Source: the human T2T-CHM13v2.0 reference genome, Homo sapiens
Reading direction: 5' to 3' (one strand)
DNA length: 64,000 nt
Assembly: GCF_009914755.1 (NCBI RefSeq)
Contig: NC_060936.1
Part shown: piece by piece, positions 35,671 through 47,504 of the stretch
How the letters are laid out: the number at the start of each line of letters is the position of its first letter
Numbering within the stretch: the stretch's first letter is position 1
Notes under the pieces: generated by a model
What the model was told of the DNA's origin: nothing
Database searches by the model: none
What the model saw: only the letters and a program-made list of their open reading frames with translations
Position numbers and translations under genes: made by a program

Positions 35671-36566
35671 TTCCCACTTTTCTGGAAGGTAAGAACCCCC
35701 AAACCCCTTCCCTCCGTTTCTCTACTCTCTCTTTTCTCTAGGCTTGCTTCCTTCACTATGGGCAACCTTCCACCCTCCATTCCTCCTTCTACTCCCTTGG
35801 CCTGTGTTCTCAAAAACTTAAAACCTCTTCAACTCACACCTGACCTAAAACCTAAATGCCTTATTTTCTTCTGCAATGCCGCTTGACCCCAATACAAACT
35901 CGACAGTAGTTCCAAATAGCCAGAAAATGGCACTTTGAATTTTTCCATCCTGCAAAATCTAAATAATTCTTGTAAAATAGGCAAACGGTCTGAGGTGCCT
36001 GACATCCAGGCATTCTTTTACACATCAGTCCCTTCCTAGTCTCTGTGCCCAGTGCAACTCGTCCCAAATCATCCTTCTTTCCCTCCTGCCTGTCCCCTCA
36101 GTACCAACCCCAAGCGTTGCTGAGTCTTTCTAATCCTCCTTTTCTACAGACCCATCTGACCTCTCCCTTCCTCCCCAGGCTGCTCCTCGCCAGGCCGAGC
36201 TAGGTCCCAATTCTTCCTCAGCCTCTGCTCCTCCACCCTATAATCTTTTTATCACCTCCCCTCCTCACACCTGGTCCGGCTTATAGTTTCGTTCCGTGAC
36301 TAGCCCTCCCCCACCTGCCCAGCAATTTACTCTTAAAAAGGTGGCTGGAGCCAAAGGCATAGTCAAGGTTAATGCTCCTTTTTCTTTATCCCAAATCAGA
36401 AGCGTTTTGGCTCTTTTTCATCAAATATAAAAATCCAGCCCAGTTCATGGGCAGCAACCCTGAGACGCTTTACAGCCCCAGACCCTAAAAGGTCAAAAGG
36501 CCGTCTTATTGTCAATATACATTTTATTACCCAATCTGCTCCCGACATTAAATAAAACTCCAAAAA

Positions 36567-36875
36567 TTGGAATCTGGCCCTCAAACCCCACAACAGAACT
36601 TAATTAACCTCACCTTCAAGGTGTACAATAACAGAAAAAAGTTGCAATTCCTTGCCTCCACTGTGAGACAAACCCCAGCCACATCTCCAGCACACAAGAA
36701 CTTCCAAACACCTGAACCGCAGCAGCCAGGTGTTCCTCCAGAACCTCCTCCCCCAGGAGCTTGCTACACGTGCCGGAAATCTGGCCACTGGGCCAAGGAA
36801 TGCCTGCAGCCCGGGATTCCTCCTAAGCCGTGTCCCATCTGTGTGGGACCCCACTGAAAATTGGACTGTTCAACT
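36567..36875 (+). pseudogene. gag: HERV-H gag nucleocapsid remnant
   Basis: Zinc knuckle CYTCRKSGHWAKEC. The second knuckle CPICVGPH* is interrupted by TGA at the Trp position. Confidence 0.9.
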
Positions 36876-37007
36876 CACCTGGCAGCCACTCCCAAAGCCC
36901 CTGGAACTCTGGCCCAACGCTCTCTGACTGACTCCTTCCCAGATCTTCTCGGCTTAGCGGCTGAAGACTGACACTGCCGGATCACCTCGGAAGCCCCCTA
37001 GACCATC

Positions 37008-37398
37008 ATGGACGCCGAGCTTCAGGTAACTCTCACAGTGGAAGGTAAGTCCGTCCCCTTCTTAATCAATAGGGAGGCTACCCACTCCACATTACCTTCT
37101 TTTCAAGGGCCTGTTTCCCTTGCTTCCATAACTGTTGTGGGTATTGACAGCCAGGCTTCTAAACCTCTTAAAACTCCCCAACTCTGGTGCCAACTTAGAC
37201 AATACTCTTTTAAGCACTCCTTTTTTAGTTATCCCCACCTGCCCTGTTCCCTTATTAGGCCGAGACACTTTAACTAAATTATCTGCTTCCCTGACTATTC
37301 CTGGACTACAGCTATATCTCATTGCCGCCCTTCTGCCCAATCCAAAGCCTCCTTTGTGTCCTCCTCTTGTATCCCCCCACCTTAACCCACAAGTATAA
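37008..37398 (+). pseudogene. pro: HERV-H protease remnant
   Basis: VTLTVEGKSVPFLINREATHS, with the catalytic DTGA degenerated to NREA. Frameshifted CPVPLLGRD C-terminus. Confidence 0.85.
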
Positions 37399-37416
37399 GA
37401 TACCTCTACTCCCTCC

Positions 37417-39180
37417 TTGGCGACCGATCATGCACCCCTTACCATCTCATTAAAACCTAATCACCCTTACCCCACTCAACACCAATATCCCATCCCACAG
37501 CATGCTTTGAAAAGATTAAAGCCTGTTATCACTCACCTGCTACAGCACGGCCTTTTAAAACCTATAAACTCTCCTTACAATTCCCCCATTTTACCTGTCC
37601 TAAAACCAGACAAGCCTTCCAAGTTAGCTCAGGATCTGCGCCTTATCGACCAAATTGTTTTGCCTATCCACCCTGTGGTGCCCAACCCATACACTCTTTT
37701 GTCCTCAATACCTTCCTCCACAACTCACTATTCTGTGCTTGATCTTAAAGATGCTTTTTTCACTATTCCCCTGCACCCCTCGTCCCAGCCTCTCTTTGCT
37801 TTCACTTAGACTGACCCTGAGACCCATTAGACTCAGCAAATTACCTAGGCTGTACTGCCGCAAGGCTTCATAGACAGCCCCCATTACTTCAGTCAAGCCC
37901 AAATTTTATCCTCATCTGTTACCTATCTCGGCATAATTCTCATAAAAACATACATGCTTTCCCTGCTGATCATGTCCGATTAATCTCCCAAACCTCAATC
38001 CCTTACAAAACAGCAACTCCTTTCCTTCCTAGGCATAGTTAGTGTGGTCAGAATTCTTACACAAGAGCCAGGACCGCACCCTGTAGCCTTTCTGTGCAAA
38101 CAACTTGACCTTACTGTTTTAGCCTAGCACTCATGTCTGCGTGCAGCAGCTACCACTGCTTTAAAAATTTTAGAGGCCCTCAAAATCACAAACTATGCTC
38201 AACTCACTCTTTACAGTTCTCATAACTTCCAAAATCTATTTTCTTCCTCATACCTGACGCATATACTTTCTGCTTCCCGGCTCCTTCAGCTGTACTCACT
38301 CTTTGTTGAGTTTCCCACAATTACCATTGTTCCTGGCCCGGACTTCAATCCAGCCTCCCACATTATTCCTGATACCACACCTGACCCCCATGACTGTATC
38401 TCTCTGATCCACCTGACATTCACCCCATTTCCCCAAATTTCCTTCTTTCCTGTTCCTCACCCTGATCACGCTTGATTTATTGATGGCGGTTCCACCAGGC
38501 CTAATCGCCACACACCAGCAAAGGCAGGTTATTCTATAGTACAAGCCACTAGCCCGCCTCTTAGAACCTCTCATTTCCTTTCCATCGTGGAAATCTATCC
38601 TCAAGGAAATAACTTCTCAGTGTTCCATCTTCTATTCTACTACTCCTCTGGGATTATTCACGCCCCCTACCTTCCCTACACATCAAGCTCGAGGATTTGC
38701 CCCCACCCAGGACTGGCAAATTAGCTTTACTCAACATGCCCGAGTCAGGAAATTAAAATACCTCTTAGTCTAAATAGACACTTTCACTGAATAAGTAAAG
38801 GCCTTTCATACAGGGTCTGAGAAGGCCACCGCAGTCATTTCTTCCCTTCTGTCAGACATAATTCCTCAGTTTAGCCTTCCCACCTCAATACAGTCTGATA
38901 ACAGACGAGCCTTTATTAGTCAAATCAGCCAAGCAGTTTTTCAGGCTCTTAGTATTCACTGAAACCTTTATATCCCTTATGGTCCTCCATCTTCAAGAAA
39001 AGTAGAATGGACTAAAGGTCTTTTAAAAACACACCTCACCAAGCTCAGCCACCAACTTAAAAAAGACTGGACAATACTTCTACCACTTTCCCTTCTCAGA
39101 ATTCAGGCCTGTCCTCAGAATGCTACAGGGTACAGCCCATTTAAGCTCCTGTATAGATGCTCCTTTTTATTAGGCCCCAG
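37417..39180 (+). pseudogene. pol: HERV-H pol remnant (RT N-part, RNase H and integrase fragments; YXDD region deleted)
   Basis: SPYNSPILPVLKPD, QDLRLI, YSVLDLKDAFFTIPL and LPQGF-DSPHYF. RNase H '(W)FIDG' and integrase 'QDWQI' remnants. Multiple stops. Confidence 0.9.
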
Positions 39181-39808
39181 TCTCATTCCAGACAACAGAC
39201 CAACTTAGACTGTGCCCCGCCCCCCCCCAAAAAAAAACTTGTCATCCTACTATTTTCTGTCTAGTCATACTCCTATTCACCATTCTGAACTACTCATACA
39301 TGCCCTGCTCTTGTTTACACTGCCGGTTTACACTGTTTTTCCAAGCCATCACAGCTGATATCTCCTGGTGCTATCCCCAAACTGCCACTCTTAACTCTTG
39401 AAGTAAATAAATAATCTTTGCTGGCAGGACTCTGCCGAATCTCCTTAAGCACTCTCTAATCAGATATCCTGAGTTGTCCCAATTCTTAGACCTTTTATAC
39501 CTGTTTTTCTCCTTCTGTTATTCCATTTAGTTTTTCAATTCATACAAAACCGTATCCAGGCCATCACCAATCATTCTATACGACAAATGTTTCTTCTAAC
39601 ATCCCCACAATATCACCCCTTACCACAAGACCTCCCTTCAGCTTAATCTCTCCCACTCTAGGTTCCCACGCCGCCCCTAATCCCGCTTGAAGCAGCGCTG
39701 AGAAACATCACCCATTCTCTCTCCATACCACCCCCCAAAAGTTTTCGCCGCCCCAACACTTCAACACTATTTTGTTTTATTTTTCTTATTAATATAAGAA
39801 GGCAGGAA

Positions 39809-40261
39809 TGTCAGGCCTCTGAGCCCAAGCCAAGCCATCGCATCCCCTGTGACTTGCACGTATACGCCCAGATGGCCTGAAATAACTGAAGAATCACAAA
39901 AGAAGTGAATATGCCCTGCCCCACCTTAACTGATGACATTCCACCACAAAAGAAGTGTAAATGGCCGGTCCTTGCCTTAACTGATGACATTACCTTGTGA
40001 AAGTCCTTTTCCTGGCTCATCCTGGCTCAAAAAGCACCCCCACTGAGCACCTTGCGACCCCCACTCCTGCCCGCCAGAGAACAAACCCCCTTTGACTGTA
40101 ATTTTCCTTTACCTACCCAAATCCTATAAAACGGCCCCACCCTTATCTCCCTTCACTGACTCTCTTTTCGGACTCAGCCTGCCTGCACCCAGGTGAAATA
40201 AACAGCCATGTTGCTCACACAAAGCCTGTTTGGTGGTCTCTTCACACGGACACGCATGAAA
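39809..40261 (+). mobile_element. 3' LTR7
   Basis: 453 bp. I count 10 substitutions and no indels versus the 5' LTR. AATAAA at 40197-40202. Confidence 0.97.
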
Positions 40262-40946
40262 GTAACCACAGGAAAGGGGACTAGGATGTGAAAGAATAGA
40301 CCAAGACCCCCCACTCCACCCTCCAGTATTTAAGATTACTAGACTATTCTGGGGGTAGATAGAGGAGAAAGAAGACTTTTGGATAGAAAATGATTTTTAC
40401 ACTTTTTAAAAGAACACTTCTGAGTCTTAAGATTCCAATGAGAGCATTTTTAATAAACTGGATGTGACATAAGTTATAGAACTAGGCTGAGACACCATTA
40501 AGGGAGCTTACTGCCCAGCAGGCAGAGTTTTAAAAAAAACACAGTTAGTAGCAATTATGGGAAAAATAAGATCCTTTTGTGTTTATACCTTAACATAAGG
40601 AAAGATTCTCACTAAATTGGTTAAGCATGGTAATGTTTGCACTCTTTGAATGTAAGTTGAAGTGTTGCCTCTCCTAAGTAACACATTTATGTTTCCAAGG
40701 TGGTTTTCATGGAGACAAAAGGTGGAGAAGGACAGTCCCGTGAAGTGGATGCAACAGTTGAAGGTAACAGTAAGTCTTCATCAAGAGCCAGACATGCCTT
40801 AGAATAACAGGTAAATAAATAATTTAAAGCAGAGGCCTCTCATTACCAGACTAAGTCCCAACCAACCAAATCATCTTCCTCATTTGAAATTCCTCTAAGT
40901 GTCACAAAGGTTGTTGTGTTTGTGATGTGGGTTTTGACTGTCCTCA

Positions 40947-41473
40947 TGTTACCAGAAAGAGGTCCTGATCCAGACCCCAAAAGAGGGTTATTGGATCTTG
41001 CACAAAAAAGAATTTGAGGCGAATCCATAAAGTGAAAGCAAGTTTACTAGGAAAGTAATGGCTTTTTACTAGGAAAGTAATACAGGAATGGCTACTCCAT
41101 AGTCAGAGCTGCCCCACAGGTTGCTGGTTGCCCACTTTTCCGGTTATTTCTTGATGATATGCTAAACAAGAAGTGGATTATTCATGCCTCCCCTTTTTAG
41201 ACCATATAGGGTAAAGTGTGATGGCACTGATGGGAGTGTAGCAGTGAGGACAACCTGAGGTCACTCTCATCGTCATCTTGGTTTTGGTTTGGTGGGTTTT
41301 AGTCGGCTTCTTTACTGCAACCTGTTTTTACCAGCAAGGCCTTTATGACCTGTATCTTGTGCCCACCTCTTATCTGATCCTGTGACTTAGAATTCCTAAC
41401 TGTCTGGGAATGCAGCCCAGTAGGCCTCAGCCTTATTTTACCTAGCCCCCCCATTTAAGACGAAGTTGCTCTG
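40947..41473 (-). mobile_element. MER41A-type solo LTR (ERV1), terminus eroded
   Basis: 'tgttaccagaaagaggtcctgatccagacccc...ttattcatgcctccccttttt agacc...gggaatgcagcccagtagg'. It lacks the tandem GAS block found in MER41B. Confidence 0.8.
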
Positions 41474-42659
41474 AGTTGAATAAAAAGCATTCAAAAATAA
41501 CCAAATAAAAAACTTTATGTGGATAGAGAATCAGAAAGACTGTGGTGACAGTTCTGAGTCAAACCTTCACGATTTCCCCTCCTTCCTGTAATGAAATTAG
41601 ACTCAGGAGAAGTTCCAGGATTTAACAAACCCAGGAATAATAGTCTACATTTCAACACTGAAAAGTTTTCTTACTCTGTTTACCAACTATGGGGACTATG
41701 ACTAAAATATTATGAGAAATAACTCATGTCTCAAGACTCAGAGCCAAATTAATTTCACATATCTATAATTTGCTACACAAACAACCACTTTCCCAGAGGC
41801 CTCTGTTCCTATAGGTCAACAAACACGAGATGACTCCACGATGAGACTCCCAGGCTTCAGACAAGTCCATAGCCTTAGGTAATTATGATCTGAGGTGGTT
41901 TTGAAGCTCCTCTTACACACACAGACCCCCCAAACCCATCCCTCCCACCCCCTGCACCCCGCCCCATCTCTGGGCCAAAACTTTCTTTCCAGTGGGTCTG
42001 AAAAGTACTGCCTGAAATTCTCAGCATTCCTGTCATTCCCTAAAGGCTGAGGCAGCTCTCTAAACATTCTTTCAGGCACCTGAGGAATTGGGCCACCAGC
42101 TCTTCTGTGGGGAGCCAACAGGAAATTAAGTATAAAGGGCAGCAAAAGTATTTGGGGAGATGACAATGAGGCATAAAGGAAACAAAGAAGGGTGGGGGTG
42201 CAAGAAAAGAAGCCTGGTCTACCTACACACTTTGCCCTGCAGACAGTTCTACCTCTCAGCACGTGTGATGACTTACCTAGGAATGGAATGTGGACCTGGG
42301 AGGGGAAGCTGGTACAAAGCTGTGGAGGCTGGAAAGGAACCCAGGGCCCTATTACAAATCGTGAATAGTGACTTTTAGCTAGAATCACTTGCCAGAAGCT
42401 TGGGAAAAAAATGTTTTCACTGAGGGCCTAATTGGATGTCAGAAGGCTTCTACAGAAAGCCTGGCTCCTAGAGCTTCCTAGCTGCTGAGATGGGCTATCC
42501 TGGCAAGAATCCTCTCCCTCCTCCTTTCTTTCCCTCTTGCTCCCTTCCTCTTTCCCCTCCTTTTCTCTTTTCCGTACACAATCTGACAGTTTATTTGGGA
42601 CAATTCTTTGGAGAACTGGGATACACCTGCAGTATATTCATTTTTAAGCCACGGACAAA

Positions 42660-42672
42660 CCACTAGAGGGCG
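42660..42672 (+). promoter_or_regulatory. Candidate CTCF binding site
   Basis: CCACTAGAGGGCG closely matches the CTCF core CCACYAGRKGGCR. It lies in apparently unique sequence and retains its CpG. Confidence 0.65.
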
Positions 42673-43260
42673 ATGCCATCACTAATTGCTGAAACTTTCC
42701 TGCTTTCCTCTGGCTTCAGCATTCAGCAGGCCTATCCACACATCCTGTGACAGGATGTTTCTGAACTTTTCCTTCAATTCTCATTGTAAATAAACAACCT
42801 CAGGGTGAATACATCCAGATGCACATCATAGCGACATGCAGCATGAATTGCACAGGCCAAAGTTTCTGGTCTATCCGGAACAGTCTTGCCTAATATGCAC
42901 CACAGTTCAGAAACCAGAGGTTAAACTTGCTTTTTTGTCCTGAATTTCTGCCTGAATTTTGGAGTTTCTCTCAAATGCTATCTCTAAGGGCAAAAGGAGC
43001 CCTTCAAAGAAATGAAAAGTTAAATAATCCAGCACAGCCCATTTGTACAGGATTTCTGTTTTGTTTCCATATTCAAGTTACAAATATTTGGTTTGCTTAA
43101 ATGCAGGGTTTGCCCAAATGGTCAAAAGCTATTAGTAGATTAGTCATGTATGCAAATATGGGGAGCAGGGGCACATGTTTCTCACTGCTTGAGAAACTAT
43201 GTGTATAAACGGGGTCCCAGTAAATTTGGTCCTAGCCGGGGCGTACCAAAGAAAGCAAAG

Positions 43261-43641
43261 CTAGCAGGGGTAGTGGCTAATGTCTGTAATCCCAACACTT
43301 TGGGAAGTTAAGGCAGGAGGATCACTTGAGGCTGGGAGTTCAAGGTTTGCCTGGGCAACATAGCAAGACCCCATCTCTAAAAAAATAAAAATAGTCAGGT
43401 ATGTACTATTATACAGGTGTGCACCTGTAGTCCCAGCTCCTCAGGAGGCTGGGGTGGGAGGATCCTTTGAGCCCAGGAGTTTGAGGCTGCAGTAGCTGTG
43501 ATCACACCACTGCACTCTAGCCTGGGTGACAAAGCAAGACTCTGTCTGAAAAAAAAAGGGAAGAGAAAGAAAGAGAAAGAAAGAAGGAAAGAAAGAAAGA
43601 AAAAGAAAGAGAGATAGAGAAAAGAAAAGAAAAAAGAAAAG
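43261..43641 (+). mobile_element. AluJ with GA-rich tail
   Basis: 'aggaggatcacttgaggctgggagttc' and 'ggatcctttgagcccaggagtttgaggctgcag'. Confidence 0.88.
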
Positions 43642-43665
43642 AAGGCTGCTAGAAATCTTAAACTC

Positions 43666-44020
<355 letters not shown>

Positions 44021-45799
44021 CTATGAGTTCAACTAGTGTTCCTAGGCATACACTCTGCCTCCTGTATAGGGGCAGACTAGCATCAGACTTCTCTGAGATT
44101 AGTATTTCAAGAATTTATGCAAACTAACCTATTGAAGTTAGACTGAAGATCTGGGTAAAAATGTAAATCAGAAAGTATTCAATAAATCAGGTAAAGCACA
44201 TAACAGGCAATTCATGTACTGGAATACTGCTGCCTCCAGCACTGGTGGTGTACTTCTTCAAGTACAGTACTTCTTCAAATATTTGCTGATGTCAAGCTTA
44301 TCCTCCATTTATCAGCAGAGGCAGATAAGGTGAGGAAAATATTTGTAGGCAGAGAGATTTCTGGAATTTTCCTACAGTGCTGAAATACCATCCAGAGTTC
44401 AAGTGGGCCATATTTGGACAATGATTACTATGTTATTTTTTCTATCGTATTTTCACTGCTATATAATAACATTAACACTCTTTACACAAGGTCAGTACTA
44501 TTTACCTAAGACTTTCCCAAATCTTTCCCATTCTCTCCCCTCAAAAGTTCATGAACACATTCTATGTTTCTGAAGGAAAAAATATAATAGAGGAAAAGTT
44601 TATTGAGATTAGTCAAGTGGGGATTGTAATTCACCAAATCTGCATTTACTAGAAGGAAGATAGAGCAGAAAACTAGTCCCAGGGTTTAAAGACTACAATT
44701 CATAGAAGACTCCTATTGTTGGGCCAACACTGTATTTCACAGCAGGTGAAGAGAGAAAAAGTACAGGAAAACAAACAAGGATGGAAGTATGGTACAGGAG
44801 GGTGCACAGTGAATAGAAGAAAATGCTATGGAAGACTACTCCTCACCGAGCAAAACCCGACTAGGTGGAACGTGGACTGAAGGTGGAGATGAATTCAAGA
44901 GTTTTACGGAGGGCACCTGTCACCTAATCACAGCGCCAACGACGCTACCAAGAAAGCATCATGGCCTTTTCTTTTACAGGCACTTTGTTTACAGGACAAA
45001 TCAAGGAAATCAAGGAAAAGGCATCTTTTCTCTTCCAGATCACTTTTAGAATCCAAGATTTGGTACACTGGGACAAATAAAAACACATAGCTATGAAAGG
45101 GTCGATGAGATCCCATTTGTAACTTGGCTAAATAGAGTTGTTTCAGTACCTGACAACTTGAGTTCAATCTGTATTATTCTGAATGTATAATTGATGTGGC
45201 CATCAGTTTCCAGTAAAGGAACTTTTGTTTTGCTTTTTTCCCCCCACTTTCCCTCAGAAGGAATGGCTTTCTCATTAGGAAATGTTCGCATGCCCTCAGA
45301 AAAGGTGTTTGGAATAGAAAGACTCCCCGGAATCAGATTAAAATGCCAGCAGAGTTGAGTATGTTCTTCCCCATTTTGAGCTAGTTAAATGAGAACTCAC
45401 GCCATTCTCCACACAGGGAACTTCTTAGGTAAAACTATTAAAGCCATGGAACCATTTACTTAGTGTGGTTATTAAAATCCTATGGCACTCTGGTGAACAG
45501 TGCTGTGGACTGGCAGCCAGAATATCTTTTCCAATTCTAGCCCCTATATTTCCTGGATTTATAGAAGCAAAGCAACTAGGAAAGCTGTAGGTCTTCTCAC
45601 CCATTTTGTAGATATTTGTTGAGTACCCAATGTTTTAGGCACTGGAGTACAATAATAAACCAGATCTAGCACAGTCCTTGCCTTCACAGTTCAGAGTCAT
45701 GAAGGAAACAAACCAGTAAAAAGGCAATTGTAACGTCATACCCATTAGCATGGCCATGATAAAAGAGAGAGAGAGAGGAGGAAAAAAAGGAAAGAAAGA

Positions 45800-46460
45800 A
45801 GTGTTGGTGAGGACACTAAACAATCAGAACCCTCATACAGTGTTGGTGTCAATGTAAAATGATGCGGCTACTCTAGAAAAGTCCTCCAAAAGCTCAATAC
45901 AGAATCAGAATAACCATACAATGTAGCAGTGTCACTGCTAGGTACATACTCAAGACCATTGAAAACATGGCCATACAAAAACTTGTACACAAATGTTAAT
46001 AGAAGCATTATTTATTAATACTCAAAAAGTGGAAACAATCCAAATGTCCATCAGCTGACGAATGGATATACAAAATGTGGTACATACATACAATGGAATA
46101 TTTCAACCATAAAATGAAATGAAGTACTGATACATAATACAACATGGATGAACCTTAGAAACATATTTAGTGCAAGAAGACAGACACAAAGGGACAAATA
46201 TGGTATGATTCTATTCACATAAAATGTCCAGACTAGGGAAATAAATAGAGATAAAAAGTAGATTAATAATTGTCAGGGGATTGGGGGAAGGGGAAACACG
46301 GAGTGGCTGTCAATGGGTGTGTATGTGGGTTCTTTTAGGAGTGATGAAAATGTTCTCAAATTATATAGTGATTGCATAACCTTGTAAATATATTAAAAAC
46401 CACTGAATTGTACAATTTAAAAGAGTGACTTTTATGTTATGTAAATTATATCAATAAGAC
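45800..46460 (+). mobile_element. L1MB-type 3' end inserted in L2 remnants (45610-45770 and 46470-46960, minus)
   Basis: 'aaaacttgtacacaaatgttaatagaagcattattt...ggaaacaatccaaatgtccatcagctgacgaatggata...aaccactgaattgtacaatttaaaag'. Confidence 0.8.
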
Positions 46461-47229
46461 AAGGTAATTATAATACAATAAGATGATGGCCATATTAGAG
46501 CGTGCTAGTCTACATGTGTGGGGGTAGTGTTGGAGAAGAGGTTCAGAAAAGCTTTCTGAAAAAAATGACTTTTAAGCAGTGATCACAGAAGACAAGTAGG
46601 AGTAAGAAGGAAAAGGAGGAAGAATGGATCAATGTTAAAGGAACAGCAGAATATGCCCACGGCAGAGGGGAGAGAGCACATGGTACATTTGGAGGAATAG
46701 TGGTCCTGCTGGGCTGAAACATGGTGTTCACAGTGGAGAGAAGTAAGGCTAGGGATAGAAGGAGCAAACCAACCATGCTAAAGAATTTCTACTTTATCCT
46801 AATTATAACAGGAAACCCTTGAAAGAGCTAAAGCACAGGAATGACAAGATCTGGTCTGTTCTTCGGAAAGGTTGTTCTAAGTGCAACGCGAAGAACAGAC
46901 TGGAGGTAAAGCAAGCATAGGGGCCAAGAGATTGGTTAGGAGGTTATTGCACTAACGCAAGTCTGAACTGACCAAATAGGGAAAATTGGAAGGTACCGGG
47001 GAAGTTCTTCCAAGCTCCCTGTAATGCTCTGCCAACTATAACAGTACTAGGCTCTGCCAGGAAGCAAGATGTGGTTTTAGTAAGGAGGTGGTGCCAATGC
47101 TAAGGCTGCTAGCGAGTCTTCCAGCAGACTCTACTCCTGCTTTTGGCCCAAACTTTATACTCAATCTCTAGACTTGGGCTCCCTTTTCCCTCCACAATGA
47201 ACATAAAGATCCTCACCATGTGCAACAGA

Positions 47230-47470
47230 GAGATAGTCTACTGTAAGAGTATGGATTTGAGTCAGAAGCACCTAAGTTCAAATTCCTGCCCTGCCATTTC
47301 CAAGCTTATGTGATAAGATATACTTAACCTCTGATCTCAGTTTTTTGAATGTGAAATTAGGAAGATAGTAACATATCTCAGTTTTGTGCTAAGGATTATA
47401 TGTGATTACAGATGTAAAAAAGCCTTGCACCAGGCCTGCCCTTTAGTAGGTGCTCAATAAATGTAGTCTC
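47230..47470 (+). mobile_element. MIR
   Basis: 'cctaagttcaaattcctgccctgcca...acttaacctctgatctcagttt...tagtaggtgctcaataaatg'. Confidence 0.75.
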
Positions 47471-47504
47471 TGTACTCTTTGCATCACAATCCTATAGTTA
47501 CAAT

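Larger units (their letters stand above)
34482..40261 (+). mobile_element. HERV-H provirus (common pol/env-deleted type, 5780 bp)
   Basis: Two 453-bp direct LTRs (TGTCAGGCC...CATGAAA). 5-bp TSD GTAAC at 34477-34481 and 40262-40266. tRNA-His PBS, polypurine tract 'aagaaggcaggaa' (39796-39808) and gag/pro/pol remnants. Confidence 0.98.

Noticed and set aside
40947-41473. Interferon-inducible MER41 enhancer
   Set aside because: The tandem GAS motifs are absent (MER41A-type).
42628-42640. CTCF upstream (ZF9-11) motif 'ctgcagt'
   Set aside because: Its spacing to the core (~26 bp) is longer than the canonical arrangement.
44828-45049. 73-aa ATG-initiated ORF (MEDYSSPSKTRLGG...)
   Set aside because: There is no recognisable homology or promoter, and the length is within chance expectation.
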